Shown: positions 50,538-61,950 of the stretch, piece by piece | Numbering within the stretch: the first letter of the stretch is position 1 | Layout of the letters: each line of letters opens with the position of its first letter | NCBI GenBank assembly: GCA_963754945.1 | Contig: CAVWIG010000039.1 | Span: 1-64,000 of the forward strand | Source: Methanotrichaceae archaeon | GTDB taxonomy: Archaea > Halobacteriota > Methanosarcinia > Methanotrichales > Methanotrichaceae | Length of the DNA stretch: 64,000 nt | Direction of reading: 5' to 3' | Made by a program: the position numbers and the translations under genes | Notes under the pieces: generated by a model | What the model was told of the DNA's origin: nothing | The model's input: the letters and a program-made list of their open reading frames with translations, nothing else | Databases searched by the model: none

Positions 50538-51437
50538 ATGCCATCCCTTTCCGTCGATGTCGGCGGTCTTACCCTGCATAATCCAGTTATGCTTGCCGCT
50601 GGCATCCTGGGCACTACAGGCGCATCTCTTCGTCGTGCAGCACAGGCAGGCGCGGGCGGTGTTGTCACCAAATCCATTGGAAGCGTTCCTCGCCCAGGCC
50701 ACCCCGGGCCGAACATCGTTTCTGTGGACTGCGGCCTTCTGAACGCAATGGGCCTTCCCAATCCCGGTTACAAAGACTTCCAGGAGGAGATCGACATCGC
50801 TAGGGTTGACGGCGTGCCTGTCGTGGCCAGCATCTTCGGCTCCAGCGCTGCTGAGTTCGCAAGAATTGCTCGCGGCCTTAAAGCAGACGCCTTTGAGCTG
50901 AACCTGTCCTGCCCTCATGCCGAAAAATACGGCTCGGAGCTTGGCCGCTATCCGGATCTGGTGGAGAGCGTGACGGGAGCTGTGAAGGCCAACGCTGACG
51001 TTCCTGTGTGGGTCAAGCTCACGCCCAACACTGCAGACATCGTTGAGCTGGGCAGAGCAGCACAAGCCGGCGGAGCCGATGCAGTGGTTGCAATAAATAC
51101 CCTGAAGGCCATGGCGATAGACATCGAAACTGGGTACCCCATCCTTGGTAACCGATTCGGCGGTCTGTCCGGCCAGGCGGTCAAGCCCGTAGCCGTTCGG
51201 TGTGTCTACGAGCTTTCTTCAAACCTGGATATCCCAGTTGTAGGCGTTGGAGGGGTCTCGTCCTGGGAAGATGCCGTCGAGATGATCATGGCTGGTGCAA
51301 AGGCTGTCCAGGTTGGCACCGCACTCCACAAGGGATACGACGTCTTCAGGGAGATCACTGAAGGGCTGTCCGGATACCTGGAAAGGAAATCGCTAACTTT
51401 TGACGAACTGTGCGAAATGGCGGTGAGACGATCATGA
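50538..51437 (+). CDS. pyrD: Dihydroorotate dehydrogenase (family 1B) catalytic subunit
   Basis: NPVMLAAG, NAMGLPNPG, ELNLSCPH, VKLTPN, GGLSG. Confidence 0.95.
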   Translation: MPSLSVDVGGLTLHNPVMLAAGILGTTGASLRRAAQAGAGGVVTKSIGSVPRPGHPGPNIVSVDCGLLNAMGLPNPGYKDFQEEIDIARVDGVPVVASIFGSSAAEFARIARGLKADAFELNLSCPHAEKYGSELGRYPDLVESVTGAVKANADVPVWVKLTPNTADIVELGRAAQAGGADAVVAINTLKAMAIDIETGYPILGNRFGGLSGQAVKPVAVRCVYELSSNLDIPVVGVGGVSSWEDAVEMIMAGAKAVQVGTALHKGYDVFREITEGLSGYLERKSLTFDELCEMAVRRS

Positions 51438-52204
51438 GGCCCCTTAATGCAGTCATCCAGGAGGTCCGATCAGAAGCAACGGCTATCAGGACATTTTGTT
51501 TCGATCTCGACCTGGACCCAGCCCCCGGCCAGTATGCCATGCTATGGGTAAGAGGCGTGGACGAGATCCCCATGAGCTTCTCGGGAGAGAACACTATAAC
51601 AGTGAATGCCGTCGGTGATGCCACAAACGCCCTCTTCGGGCTAGGGGCAGGCAGCAGCGTCGGCCTGCGGGGACCTCTGGGCAATGGCTTTGTCCTGCGT
51701 GGCAAAAAGATATTGCTCATCGGCGGCGGTGTAGGGGTTGCGCCTCTGTCGTTCCTGGGCGAGCAGGCAAAGAACGCGGGGATAAGTGTTACCTCCCTCG
51801 TAGGCTTCCGGTCGTCGGAGGACATGATCTTCCGTTCCCGCTTCCAGAACCTGGGAGATGTCATCCTCACGACCGACGACGGTTCCTCGGGCATTCATGG
51901 CCGGGTTGCGGTCGGATTGAAAGATCTGGACCTGTCCGAGTTCAGCCAGATTTATCTGTGTGGGCCCGAGCTGATGATGTGGGACATAATTTCCAGAGCG
52001 CAGGACCATGCGGGCAGGATCCAGGCATGCATCAACAGGTACTTCAAATGCGCCATAGGAATCTGCGGTTCCTGCTGCCTGGACCCAGACGGCACAAGGG
52101 TCTGCGTGGAGGGGCCTGTTGTAATGGCCGACCGATTGTTGAACCGCGAGTTTGGCAGGTACAGGAGAGGGCAGTCGGGTAGCAAGGGACAGTGCAGGAG
52201 TTAA
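51434..52204 (+). CDS. pyrK: Dihydroorotate dehydrogenase electron transfer subunit
   Basis: PGQYAM, GPLGNGF, GGGVG.AP, CGPE.MM, CAIGICGSC, VCVEGPV. Confidence 0.93.
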   Translation: MRPLNAVIQEVRSEATAIRTFCFDLDLDPAPGQYAMLWVRGVDEIPMSFSGENTITVNAVGDATNALFGLGAGSSVGLRGPLGNGFVLRGKKILLIGGGVGVAPLSFLGEQAKNAGISVTSLVGFRSSEDMIFRSRFQNLGDVILTTDDGSSGIHGRVAVGLKDLDLSEFSQIYLCGPELMMWDIISRAQDHAGRIQACINRYFKCAIGICGSCCLDPDGTRVCVEGPVVMADRLLNREFGRYRRGQSGSKGQCRS

Positions 52205-52205
52205 G

Positions 52206-52928
52206 ATGATAGTCAGATTTAGATTGGACGGCAGAGTTCGAGGCGGCTCGCTCAGCCTTGAGGACAGTCGTATCGTTTCCGGTGGCGAGGTGCTGGCTAT
52301 AGAGGATGTCGAGTTGCTTGCTCCGTGCTGCCCAAGCAAGATAGTCTGCGTCGGCCTGAACTATGTGGAGCACGCCAAAGAGCTAAAGATGAAGCTTCCA
52401 GAGGAGCCCATACTCTTCTTTAAGCCGCCATCTGCCGTCATCGGCCCGGGAGCGGAGATAGTCGCGCCCAAATCGAGCGAGAGGGTTGACTATGAAGGCG
52501 AGCTTGGAGTCGTGATAGGCAAACGCTGCAAGGCCATAGCCGCTGATGAGGCCAAGAAATACGTTCTGGGTTATACCTGCTTCAACGACGTCACAGCTCG
52601 CGACCTCCAGCAGAAGGACGGCCAGTGGACGCGCGCCAAGAGCTTCGACACCTTCGCTCCCTTTGGGCCTTGGATTGCAAACATCGATCCATCCGACGCT
52701 GATATCAAGACCCGTGTCAATGGCGAGGTCAAGCAAAGTTCCAATACCTCTGACCTGATATTCGGCGTTCCAAAGCTGATCGAATTCATCAGCAACGTCA
52801 TGACCCTTGAGCCGGGGGACGTTATCGCCACGGGAACACCGCCAGGGGTGGGCCGTCTGGAGAAGGGAGACGTGGTGGAGGTAGAGATAGAGGGGATAGG
52901 TGTGCTGAAAAATCGGGTAGCACTCTAA
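52206..52928 (+). CDS. Fumarylacetoacetate hydrolase family protein
   Basis: KIVCVGLNY..H, DYEGEL, NDVTARD, KSFDTF, TGTP.GVG. Confidence 0.95.
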   Translation: MIVRFRLDGRVRGGSLSLEDSRIVSGGEVLAIEDVELLAPCCPSKIVCVGLNYVEHAKELKMKLPEEPILFFKPPSAVIGPGAEIVAPKSSERVDYEGELGVVIGKRCKAIAADEAKKYVLGYTCFNDVTARDLQQKDGQWTRAKSFDTFAPFGPWIANIDPSDADIKTRVNGEVKQSSNTSDLIFGVPKLIEFISNVMTLEPGDVIATGTPPGVGRLEKGDVVEVEIEGIGVLKNRVAL

Positions 52929-53085
52929 AGAATTTGTTGCTCGCGAATATGGCCAACTTGAAGACTGTAGACAGGTTTAAAGATCTCTCTTGGGGACCTT
53001 TTCAAAACCTCATTAGAATGTCTTCTCCAGTCAACAATGCGCCCAAAAGGTCGCCTTATTCGCCCTATCATTGCTTGATATGAGT

Positions 53086-53814
53086 TCAACCCTTTTCAGA
53101 AGGATCAATAGAATCAAGGAAGCCAACAAATTGTCCGTGATCGGTCTGGATATCATTCGACCTTCCTGTTCGGGCAATCCTGCCTTTGACCAGAACGGCA
53201 AACCTATTCGCCAGCCTCTGGCACTCTGGCATGTTGTGGCTGGCAATAATCACCGTCATTCCGCTATGAGCCAGACGCCCAATAAGATCGTCTATAGCGG
53301 AAGCGCTCTTGGGGTCTAGGTTAGCGGTAGGCTCATCCAGCAGCAAGACCTCGGGCTTAATTACCATGGCTCTGGCCAGAGCAATCCGCTGCATCTCTCC
53401 TCCTGAAAGAGTGGTAGCACTCCTGGATTCGTACCCCGAGAGGCCTACATCCTCTATAGTATGGAGAACATCATCTCTGGAATTTCCTTTGCCTCTTACC
53501 TTTAACCCATATGCGACATTTTCGTAAACGCTTCTGCTGAACATGACCGGCTTCTGGAAGACCATGGCCATTCTCCTGCGGACCAGGAGCTTTTCCCTTG
53601 AAGAAAGTCGACAGATATCTTCGTCATGGAAAAATATGCTACCCCTCGTAGGCTGATCTAGCATATCGATATGTCGCAGCAAAGTTGTCTTTCCAGAACC
53701 AGTTGGACCGATCAGGGCAAGGACTTTTCCTTTCTCTACATCCAGGTTTATATTATTCAAGATCTCCGACCTTCCAAAGCACTTGTAAAGCCCCTTTATC
53801 TCTATCAGAGCCAT
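53086..53814 (-). CDS. tupC: Tungstate ABC transporter ATP-binding protein
   Basis: GPTGSGKTT, MVFQKP, LSGGEMQR, LDEPTANLDP; operon context. Confidence 0.85.
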   Translation of the reverse strand: MALIEIKGLYKCFGRSEILNNINLDVEKGKVLALIGPTGSGKTTLLRHIDMLDQPTRGSIFFHDEDICRLSSREKLLVRRRMAMVFQKPVMFSRSVYENVAYGLKVRGKGNSRDDVLHTIEDVGLSGYESRSATTLSGGEMQRIALARAMVIKPEVLLLDEPTANLDPKSASAIDDLIGRLAHSGMTVIIASHNMPECQRLANRFAVLVKGRIARTGRSNDIQTDHGQFVGFLDSIDPSEKG

Positions 53815-53816
53815 TT

Positions 53817-54503
53817 CTATCTCCCTTGAATCCGGTTCAATAGAAGGTTAACCGCCAGAGAGATGGATATGAGTATTATCCCCAAGGCCATGGACAGCTC
53901 CAGGTCTCCCATGGATGTCTCCAGGGAGATGGCGGTGGTCAGCACTCTTGTATATCCACGAATGTTTCCGCCGATCATCATAGCCACGCCTACCTCTGAC
54001 AGGGCTCGTCCGAATCCCAAGAGGATGGCCGCAATGACGGCTACCTTTGCCTCCTTCATGATCGTGAATATGACCTGTAGATCGGTTGCTCCCAGGGATA
54101 CGGCCGTCTCCCTTATCTGCACGCTTACGCCGCCCAGGGCGGAGATGGTGAGGCCGATCATAATGGGAGTTATGAGTATCGTCTGGCCGATGATCATCCC
54201 TCCTGGACTGAAGAGAAGGCCCAGGCTGCCAAGTGGTCCTGACCTGGATAGAAGCAGAAATACCAACAGGCCTACTGTCACTGTGGGGAGGCTATAGAAG
54301 GTTTGTATTAAATTTATAAGCGCTCTTTTTCCCCGAAAATTGTGAAACTGAATGATTCCGCCGATGGGTATGTCGATCAGGGAGGCAATAAGAACGGATG
54401 TCAGGGAGATGGTAAGAGATCTGGCGGTGATCTCCACAACCTGTGGATCGAGGGCCAATATTAGCTGTATGGCCCTGATGAAGCCCGCCGAGATCTCATC
54501 CAA
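53817..54503 (-). CDS. tupB: Tungstate ABC transporter permease
   Basis: LLSRSGPLG.LGLLF, FGRALSEVG..MMIGGNI..TRVLTTAI. Confidence 0.9.
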   Translation of the reverse strand: MDEISAGFIRAIQLILALDPQVVEITARSLTISLTSVLIASLIDIPIGGIIQFHNFRGKRALINLIQTFYSLPTVTVGLLVFLLLSRSGPLGSLGLLFSPGGMIIGQTILITPIMIGLTISALGGVSVQIRETAVSLGATDLQVIFTIMKEAKVAVIAAILLGFGRALSEVGVAMMIGGNIRGYTRVLTTAISLETSMGDLELSMALGIILISISLAVNLLLNRIQGR

Positions 54504-54519
54504 CCCATTTCACCCTAAT

Positions 54520-55440
54520 TCAAGCTGCTGCACAGGAGGCATTGGTAGGAACAGCGCACTCAGCCGAGGAGCATCCTATCTTATCGCAATTTCCAGCCGC
54601 TGGGAAGAACAATGGTTGGCCATATTTATCCTTTCCAAAGTCAGCTATTAACTTCTGCCCTTCTGCTGAGACGAGGTAATTTATAAACTGGTTCGCCGCC
54701 TCACAATTAACTCCCGGATGTTTTTTGGGGTTAATTGCCATCGCCACGTAGACGTTCAAAAGGTCATTCCCTCCTTCGATCAAGGGCACAAGACTCAGAT
54801 TGCCACGGTATGCCATATATGTGCCTGTATCGCTGAGCGTATAGGCTGACTTCTCATTTGTCAGCATGAGTGTTGCACCCATTCCACTTCCTGCATCTAT
54901 ATACCAGGGGCCTGAGTTGTTGACCTTCGAGTAGTTGTAACCTGCATTCTTCCAGAGTAGCTGCTCCCTCGCCTGGGTGCCGGAGTTGTCTCCTCGTGAG
55001 ACGAACTTGACATTCTTTGGATCCGCTTTACCCTTCGCCATTATGACCTTCAGAGCCTGTGTTGCATTCATCCCCTTTATGCCAGCGGGATCATTCTTAG
55101 GCCCGACAATGACAAAATAGTTGTATGCTATACACCTTCTCTGCAATCCATCTCCGTCCTGGATGAATTTTAGTTCACGAGCCTTGTCGTGGATCATTAA
55201 AAGGTCGACATCTCCACGCTGTCCGTATTGAATGGCAATCCCAGTTCCGCCTGAGACTATACTCACGGATGCGTTGTACTTATCTTCGTACTTTCCTTGC
55301 AGGAAATCAAGTAGACCAGTATCATAAAGACTGGTTGTAGTTGCTATTTTGAGCCTGCTAGTATCTGCTGCCCCGACTGCTGTACAGAGCACTGCCAGCG
55401 CCAAGAGCAACATCGATATCTTGAGGACTTTTCCCTCCAT
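54520..55440 (-). CDS. tupA: Tungstate ABC transporter substrate-binding protein
   Basis: ATTTS..DTGL, FVSRGDNSGT, YTLSD. Confidence 0.9.
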   Translation of the reverse strand: MEGKVLKISMLLLALAVLCTAVGAADTSRLKIATTTSLYDTGLLDFLQGKYEDKYNASVSIVSGGTGIAIQYGQRGDVDLLMIHDKARELKFIQDGDGLQRRCIAYNYFVIVGPKNDPAGIKGMNATQALKVIMAKGKADPKNVKFVSRGDNSGTQAREQLLWKNAGYNYSKVNNSGPWYIDAGSGMGATLMLTNEKSAYTLSDTGTYMAYRGNLSLVPLIEGGNDLLNVYVAMAINPKKHPGVNCEAANQFINYLVSAEGQKLIADFGKDKYGQPLFFPAAGNCDKIGCSSAECAVPTNASCAAA

Positions 55441-55726
55441 ATCAAATCACGAGGTTAACACTGTAGCTTACCATAAAAAGGTTATGTCAACACAGTTGAA
55501 TAGAAAACGAAGCAAATAGCGTGAACAAAACTGGCGCGCCCACCAAGTTGAAAAAATGTTACATCATACTCCATTGCTTCGATCACTCTAGGATCGGATT
55601 GCATCTGAGACTGGTGATCGAATAGGGAGCGATGTATTACGCATACTAGGTCCTTCTGGCGGATAATAGTGACAGCCTGGCCGGAAATGTTGAACAAGGC
55701 GGTAGATACCGCCATATTCTTGAGGA

Positions 55727-56629
55727 TCAGAATACTAACTGACCGGTGCCGTAAAGCTCTTCAGCCACTTTCCCTAGCGACTCGCCCTTTATTTCGCCAC
55801 CGTAATCCGGAAGAGTGGCTATTCGCTTGCTGCTGTACATCCTCTGAAGCTCCTCGATGTATCCAGTTTGCGACGACTTCTTCTGATGACAGTAGTCGCA
55901 GTCGCAGCCCCGAATGACGTGATTGATCACAATAGAATCCACGTGCACGCCATGAGACTCCACAGTCTGGATCAGTCGCTCAGTCTCCATTACCGCTGCC
56001 TTTTCAGGGATTGTTACAACGGTGATGGTGGCAATCTCGGGGTCTAACAGAGCGTTTCTCATAGTCTCAGCTTTGATCCTCATGGACCTGACCTCGTTCA
56101 GGATAGCATCCCCAAAACCAGGCTCAAGCATATTAAGAACGCTCATCCACTTGTTCCTGACGCCCAAGACCCTGGTGACAAAACTTGTAGTTATGGAGGG
56201 CAGCTGGAGCAGGGGGAGCACCATGGCAGTGGGGGCCGAATCGATCACTACGACATCGTACTTCTTTTCCACGTAAACGTCGTTCAGCTTGTCCATGAAG
56301 ATGAGCTCGCTTACCCCCGGCATGGAGCCAAAGTCATCGGGCTTGATCTCTACCTCGAAGAGGCCGAAGAGAGCAGTCAGCATGTTCTTGTATCTTCTGA
56401 AGAAGTTCTTCGACTCCTCCTTCAGGTCGGGCTCGTAGGCGTGTAGGTGCTCGCCTATCTCCTTGGGCTGGCTTCCCAGTTCGACGTCGAAGATATCGGA
56501 TAACGAGTGGGCAGGGTCCATGGAGAATGCCAACGTCTCTTTTCCATGACGCGATGCCCAGATCCCTGTTGAGGCGGAGCAGACGCTCTTGCCCACGCCA
56601 CCTTTTCCTGCCACGTAGATAAGTCTCAT
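55727..56629 (-). CDS. ArsA/GET3-family ATPase
   Basis: GKGGVGKS, DPAHSLSD, DSAPT, C-terminal CDYC. Confidence 0.92.
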   Translation of the reverse strand: MRLIYVAGKGGVGKSVCSASTGIWASRHGKETLAFSMDPAHSLSDIFDVELGSQPKEIGEHLHAYEPDLKEESKNFFRRYKNMLTALFGLFEVEIKPDDFGSMPGVSELIFMDKLNDVYVEKKYDVVVIDSAPTAMVLPLLQLPSITTSFVTRVLGVRNKWMSVLNMLEPGFGDAILNEVRSMRIKAETMRNALLDPEIATITVVTIPEKAAVMETERLIQTVESHGVHVDSIVINHVIRGCDCDYCHQKKSSQTGYIEELQRMYSSKRIATLPDYGGEIKGESLGKVAEELYGTGQLVF

Positions 56630-56860
56630 AGAGTACAGTCACCGGAAACAGATTTACAATTTTCGCCCGTCCTTCCCGTCCTTCCTCATCTACTCCACCT
56701 CCACCACTGCCTTACGAGCATCTTGGCTTGTCCCATTGGCCAACTAAGTGGGCAGTTATTGTATTGCCAGGAGCAGATTGCCTAGTGCAAAGCATTAATA
56801 TGGCTTCGGATGATCCTGCTAAAAAATCATGTTTACTGGATTTGCAGTTGAGGAAGGGTC

Positions 56861-58051
56861 ATGAAGAGAAATATCAAGGTTGAACGCCTTAATCAAAAGC
56901 CGATAGAGCAGCAGGAGATAGAGCTGGTAGAACGCAAGGGGATAGGCCATCCAGACAGCGTCGCCGATGGCCTGGCTGAGTCCATCAGCCGCGCTCTTTG
57001 CCAGGAGTACCTTGATAGGTTCGGGGCCGTGCTCCACCACAACACGGACAAGACCCAGATAGTTGCCGGTAGGTCTCATCCGGCTTTTGGAGGCGGCGAG
57101 GTTATCTGTCCGCTCTATATTCTGCTCACCGGAAGGGCTACAAGGGTATTCAATGGAGTGGAGATACCTGTAGACACGATAGCCATCAAGGCTGCAAGAA
57201 AACTTCTGACCGAATCCCTCTCCAACCTGGACATCAACAACCAGCTAATCCTTGACGCCAAGATAGGCATGGGCTCATCGGACCTGCGCGATGTCTTCAG
57301 CAGGGATGTCCCATCCGCCAACGATACGTCCTTCGGCGTAGGCTACGCGCCCCTCTCGGAGACGGAGACCATAGTCTACAACACCGAACGAGAGCTTATG
57401 AACCTCAAGAAGAGGATTCCTGCCATTGGTGAGGACATCAAGGTCATGGGAATGCGAGAAGGAGACACGATCAACCTCACAATAGCCTGTGCCATGGTGG
57501 ACAGGCACCTTGCGGACATCAACCAGTACTTGGAGACCAAGAACGAGATAGTCCAGCACATCACCGATTATGCCGCTCAGTTTACATCACGGAAGATCAA
57601 CGCCCAGATGAATGTGGCGGACAACGTTGAGGCAGGATCTGTTTACATCACAGTCACAGGAACCTCGGCGGAGATGGGCGACGACGGCGCAGTTGGGCGT
57701 GGGAATAGGGCAAACGGTCTCATCACTCCCAACCGGCCCATGAGCCTCGAAGCCACCTGCGGCAAGAACCCCATCAACCACGTTGGTAAGCTCTACAACC
57801 TGCTTGCTATGGCAGCAGCAAAACAGATAGCGGAAGAGGTAAAGGGCATAGACGAGGCCTACATCAAGATCCTATCCCAGATCGGCAAGCCCGTGGACCA
57901 GCCGCACATAGCGAGCATTCAGGTTGTTCCAAAGGAAGGTGCAGACTTCGCAAAGGTCCAGTCAGGGGCTACTGAGATCCTGGACGATTGGCTTGCAAAC
58001 ATACCCAAGCTGCAGCAGATGCTGTTCAAGGGAGAGCTCAGCACCTACTGA
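56861..58051 (+). CDS. mat: Archaeal S-adenosylmethionine synthetase
   Basis: [42 protein letters not shown]. Confidence 0.96.
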   Translation: MKRNIKVERLNQKPIEQQEIELVERKGIGHPDSVADGLAESISRALCQEYLDRFGAVLHHNTDKTQIVAGRSHPAFGGGEVICPLYILLTGRATRVFNGVEIPVDTIAIKAARKLLTESLSNLDINNQLILDAKIGMGSSDLRDVFSRDVPSANDTSFGVGYAPLSETETIVYNTERELMNLKKRIPAIGEDIKVMGMREGDTINLTIACAMVDRHLADINQYLETKNEIVQHITDYAAQFTSRKINAQMNVADNVEAGSVYITVTGTSAEMGDDGAVGRGNRANGLITPNRPMSLEATCGKNPINHVGKLYNLLAMAAAKQIAEEVKGIDEAYIKILSQIGKPVDQPHIASIQVVPKEGADFAKVQSGATEILDDWLANIPKLQQMLFKGELSTY

Positions 58052-58156
58052 GCTTATTATTAATATTATCCTTAATTCATATTTTTAGATATTAAATCGA
58101 AACTTCGCTAATTTATGAGCAAAACAGGTAATCCGATTTTTGTAATTCGATGATCA

Positions 58157-58228
58157 AGCCAAGGTCCGGAGTCGAACCGGATTGGTATTGCTCTGCAGGC
58201 AATTGCGTGGCCGTTCCGCCACCTTGGC
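58157..58228 (-). tRNA. tRNA-Cys(GCA)
   Basis: GCCAAGG acceptor, ATTGC-CTGCAGA-GCAAT anticodon arm, TCCGG-TTCGACT-CCGGA T arm, U73. Confidence 0.95.
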
Positions 58229-58415
58229 AAACTCCAACTTTGAGCAGCACTCTTAAGCTGACTGTTCAGCAGGCACCTCAGCCCTATCGTCCAAGCACGC
58301 TATAAAGGTTTGGGTTAATGCAATTTATGGAGTGGCAAGAACACCAGCTGAAGAAGCCGCAGAGGACGGCAGCGTCACCACGGATGAGCCGCCACCATAA
58401 TCCTTTTCTATTTCG

Positions 58416-58886
58416 TTGTTTGAAAGCACATTAATGCTCAAGCGGGCCAGGATCATAGCCGACTTCCAGTTCGGCAGGGGCGCAGGAGATGCGCTATTTC
58501 CGGAGGATACAACCTATAAGCTCTCCAACACTCGCCGGCTCAGGTATCTTTACGCAGGAGACGAGCGCATTGCCACTGTCCGGGCGAATGACGGGTTGCT
58601 GACGCTGAGCATGCTTGGTGCCGGGCGTCTGCATGCCCTTTTTGCATCACCGAGGCTGAGGGTCACAGTCTCCGAAGATGCCGCGCCCTTCGTGGTCAAA
58701 GGCGGCAATGTCTTTGCCAAACACGTACTGAGCATGGACCCAACAATTCGAGCTGAAGAAGAAGTCCTTGTAGTGGACGCGCAGGATAATCTGTTGGCCA
58801 CCGGCAAGGCAATCCTGGCTCCGGAGGAGATGCAGCAGATCAAGCGCGGAACTGCAGTCGAGACCAGGAAGGCAGCCGAGCACTGA
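58416..58886 (+). CDS. PUA-domain protein (archaeosine TGT C2+PUA-like)
   Basis: IADFQFG.GAG, R.NDG.LTL, G.NVFAKHV, EEVLVVD. Confidence 0.88.
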   Translation: MFESTLMLKRARIIADFQFGRGAGDALFPEDTTYKLSNTRRLRYLYAGDERIATVRANDGLLTLSMLGAGRLHALFASPRLRVTVSEDAAPFVVKGGNVFAKHVLSMDPTIRAEEEVLVVDAQDNLLATGKAILAPEEMQQIKRGTAVETRKAAEH

Positions 58887-58956
58887 TCTGATTCCATCCT
58901 TGCATATTCGTTATCCAATTTCATCCATATTCATCTAATATATATTATTCACATAT

Positions 58957-60121
58957 TTATCTGCCAAGAGCTGAGATGCTTCTGAAGCGCTCTACTGCCT
59001 CGGTTATGGATCTGGCAACGTAGTCCACGTCTTCTTCAGTGTTGGATCTTCCCATGGTTATCCGCAGAGATCCGTGACACTCCTCAGGCTTCAGGCCCAG
59101 AGACATCAGGACGTGGCTGGGCTCCAGCTTTTTGGATGAACAGGCCGATCCGGTGGAAACTGCTATGCCCTTGGAGTCCAGGAAGAGCAGGAGAGATTCG
59201 CCCTCGACGTACCGAAATCCGAAGTTGAGGTTGCCGGGAAGGCGCTTTTCCATCGTACCATTTATCCAGGCGTCTTTTACGCTATCAAGGACCATCTTGG
59301 CCAGTTTATCCCGGAGATCTGTCAGCCTCTTGGCCTCGGATGCCATCTCTTGACTTGCCAGGTCAGCCGCACGGGCCAGGCCCACTATTCCCGCAACGTT
59401 CTCCGTTCCGGACCTCAGGCCGCGCTCGTGTCCTCCTCCCTGAACGATGCTGTCCAACCTGGTGCCTTTCCGTACATAAAGAGCGCCAACACCTTTGGGC
59501 CCGTAAAGCTTGTGGGCGGAGACGGAAAGAAGGTCCAGGCCCATATCATTGACATCGATTGGAAGCTTGCCGGCTGTCTGAACGGCATCTGTGTGGAAGA
59601 AGACATCCTTCTGCTGCGGCGATCTCTCCTATCTCCTTCAGAGGCTGGATTGTGCCGATCTCGTTGTTGGCGTGCATGACGGAGATCAGAACTGTCTCCT
59701 TCTTTATGGCCGACTCCACGGTTCCTGGATCGACCAGGCCGTCTTTGGTGACTGGAAGATATGTCACCTCGAACCCCTGGGTTTCCAGCTTCCTACAGGT
59801 TTCAAGGATTGCAGGATGCTCTACAGAGGAGGTTATGATGTGGTTCCCTAATCCTTTCTCTTTGCTCCGGGGGACGATGCCCTTCAGGGCGAGATTGTCC
59901 GACTCAGTCCCGCCGCTGGTGAAGATGATCTCCTCCGGCTGCGCACCTAGCAGGGACGCCACCTTCGCTCTGCTCTCCTCAAGCGCTTCCTTTGCCTCCA
60001 GGCCGAAGCTGTGCAGGCTGGAGGCGTTGCCGAACTTCTCTCCGAAGTAGGGCAGCATCGCCTCCAGAACTTCGGGTGCCACAGGCGTAGTGGCCGAATG
60101 GTCCATGTAGATCCGTTTCAT
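58957..60121 (-). pseudogene. iscS: Cysteine desulfurase IscS/NifS split by a single frameshift near 59610
   Basis: YMDHSATTP, FTSGGTESDN, ANNEIGT in one frame; HTDAVQ, SAHK.YGPKG, GSACSS in another. Confidence 0.88.
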
Positions 60122-60249
60122 CCCAGGTTATTACTGCATAAGGATGGTAAATAACTGGCGAATAAGACAACCTCAAGAATCAAAGAATTGGTTGCAGTGG
60201 ATGCGTTACGAGCTAAGAAGAAACTATAAGTATTCTACAGCCAGACGCT

Positions 60250-60513
60250 GTGTCCATGAATATATCCATCCCACTTTTTTCCATCCCGCTATTGGCCTCG
60301 GCTGTTCTAATTTTACTAGGCTTCCTGGTGACGCCCTTCTTGGTTAGGTTAGGCGTGATCGGCATCGGTGCAGGAAGCGTAATCCTCGGATTAGTGGCCA
60401 TAAAAGACTTTCCCAATGGCTTAGAGCTCCAAACTATTGTGCTTTTCGGAATAACGACTGTGGTTGGGTTGTGGATGATCTCTGTAGGGCTGAAAGAGCA
60501 GCACAGGAATTAG
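60250..60513 (+). CDS. Small three-TM membrane protein
   Basis: Three hydrophobic segments. Confidence 0.6.
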   Translation: MSMNISIPLFSIPLLASAVLILLGFLVTPFLVRLGVIGIGAGSVILGLVAIKDFPNGLELQTIVLFGITTVVGLWMISVGLKEQHRN

Positions 60514-60823
60514 CAGGGAATTCAGCAAGTGCTATTAATCACGTAAGTTAGATCAGTTGCCTAGGATTTTGGTGTCTTCTGTCTCTATAAGGTTCGCGAA
60601 CCTTACATCTCTGGTCCCGTTCTCTTTCTACAGGTCCCGCAGTATTTGTGCTCTCTTCTGCACTTTAGCCAATCTTTAGCGGCATTTAGTAATTGTGGAT
60701 CATAGTTTTCTCTGCAAAAATTATACGTGAAAAAAGGATAACTAAATATTCAATACTAAAGTGTAGCTACTGGATTTCATGTTTATGAGCATTCAGCCAT
60801 TGCATCATTAAGGATAGGGGTTC

Positions 60824-61162
60824 TTAACCTTGAGAATTGCAAGGGCATCCACCACTCGAATTATCTGCTTTAGATGACTTTGGCGCGTCTGAAGTTGCGC
60901 TATTCGGGTCCAATAGCATGGTTGAGGCTGTAGTCGAATCGGTCATTTCTTTGGTTTCGTTCATGAGCCGGCTTAGGTTTACGTTTATGGATACGTTTCT
61001 TACATCGGCTTTATTAGTTGGGATGGTTAAGCTTGCATTGGTTATGTTCAAACGGTTGGTTGCATTGACTTTTGCAATTGCTTCTTTCTCTCCAACGACT
61101 ATACCAAACCAAATAGTCGCAAAGAGTAAGATTAACATTCCAAATTTTATGAACTTATCCAT
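60824..61162 (-). CDS. Secreted sequon-rich protein with C-terminal GGCPCN
   Basis: GGTG RBS, signal peptide, NAT/NIT/NAS/NVS/NLS/NET. Confidence 0.7.
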   Translation of the reverse strand: MDKFIKFGMLILLFATIWFGIVVGEKEAIAKVNATNRLNITNASLTIPTNKADVRNVSINVNLSRLMNETKEMTDSTTASTMLLDPNSATSDAPKSSKADNSSGGCPCNSQG

Positions 61163-61449
61163 TTCAACACCAGTAATTCGATTAACGATTTATAAGAATT
61201 TAGCTTTTTCCTTTTCCTAAAGAAAGGACATGGGTTAATCAGGCAGAATATGAAGGACGATTCCAAACGGAACTGTTTCGCCGATCTTCCTTCCAATGTA
61301 TTCTGGTGATTTTGGTGATCCAAGATCTTGGACCCCGCACTGCACTTCCTAAGACAAATAAAGAAAAGAGGCAGGTTTCAGCCTCTTCAAGAGCCCTATT
61401 TCTTATGCCAAAAAAAGCATTGGGATAGGTTCTAAAGTTTCAGTATATT

Positions 61450-61950
61450 CTAAGACATCGTTGTATTCAGAGGTTGAGTTGTATTAACTGGATTGGTCGC
61501 GTTCTGAGGTTTAGTCCCATTAAAAGGTGCAGTTACGACCTCTGGCTCAGCTCTATTCAGGGGTTTGGTTATAACCAATGGTATAGTCCGATTTAATGGA
61601 TTATTCACCACAGTGGGAGTATTTAGTTCTTGAGGTATGATTGAGACTGATGGCTTGGTTTGATCTAGCTGTATGGTTGTTCTTTCAGCGTTCAAACTAC
61701 CAAGTGCAGTTGGGGTAGGGAGCTGTCCGCTGAAAAGCCCTTTTCCTTGATTAGTCCCCTCAGATGGCAACACTCCCGAGAATAGGGCGATTGGTTGCCC
61801 TACAGAAGGTATCACACCTGAAAATGAACCTATGGGCTGCACTACGGGCGTTGTTCCTGTTGCCATGATTCCTGGCATAGAGAACAGCATGGCAACTGCG
61901 ATTAGTAGTATGCATTCAAGAATAGATGGTATCTTTATCAATCCACTCAC
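61450..61950 (-). CDS. Secreted Pro/Thr/Asn-rich repeat protein
   Basis: Signal peptide; FSG..P x3; PLN.T repeats. Confidence 0.7.
   Translation of the reverse strand: MSGLIKIPSILECILLIAVAMLFSMPGIMATGTTPVVQPIGSFSGVIPSVGQPIALFSGVLPSEGTNQGKGLFSGQLPTPTALGSLNAERTTIQLDQTKPSVSIIPQELNTPTVVNNPLNRTIPLVITKPLNRAEPEVVTAPFNGTKPQNATNPVNTTQPLNTTMS

Noticed and set aside
39334-57781. Many long antisense or alternate-frame ORFs (e.g. 41877..42440, 48618..49223, 51641..52339)
   Set aside because: Shadows of well-supported genes.
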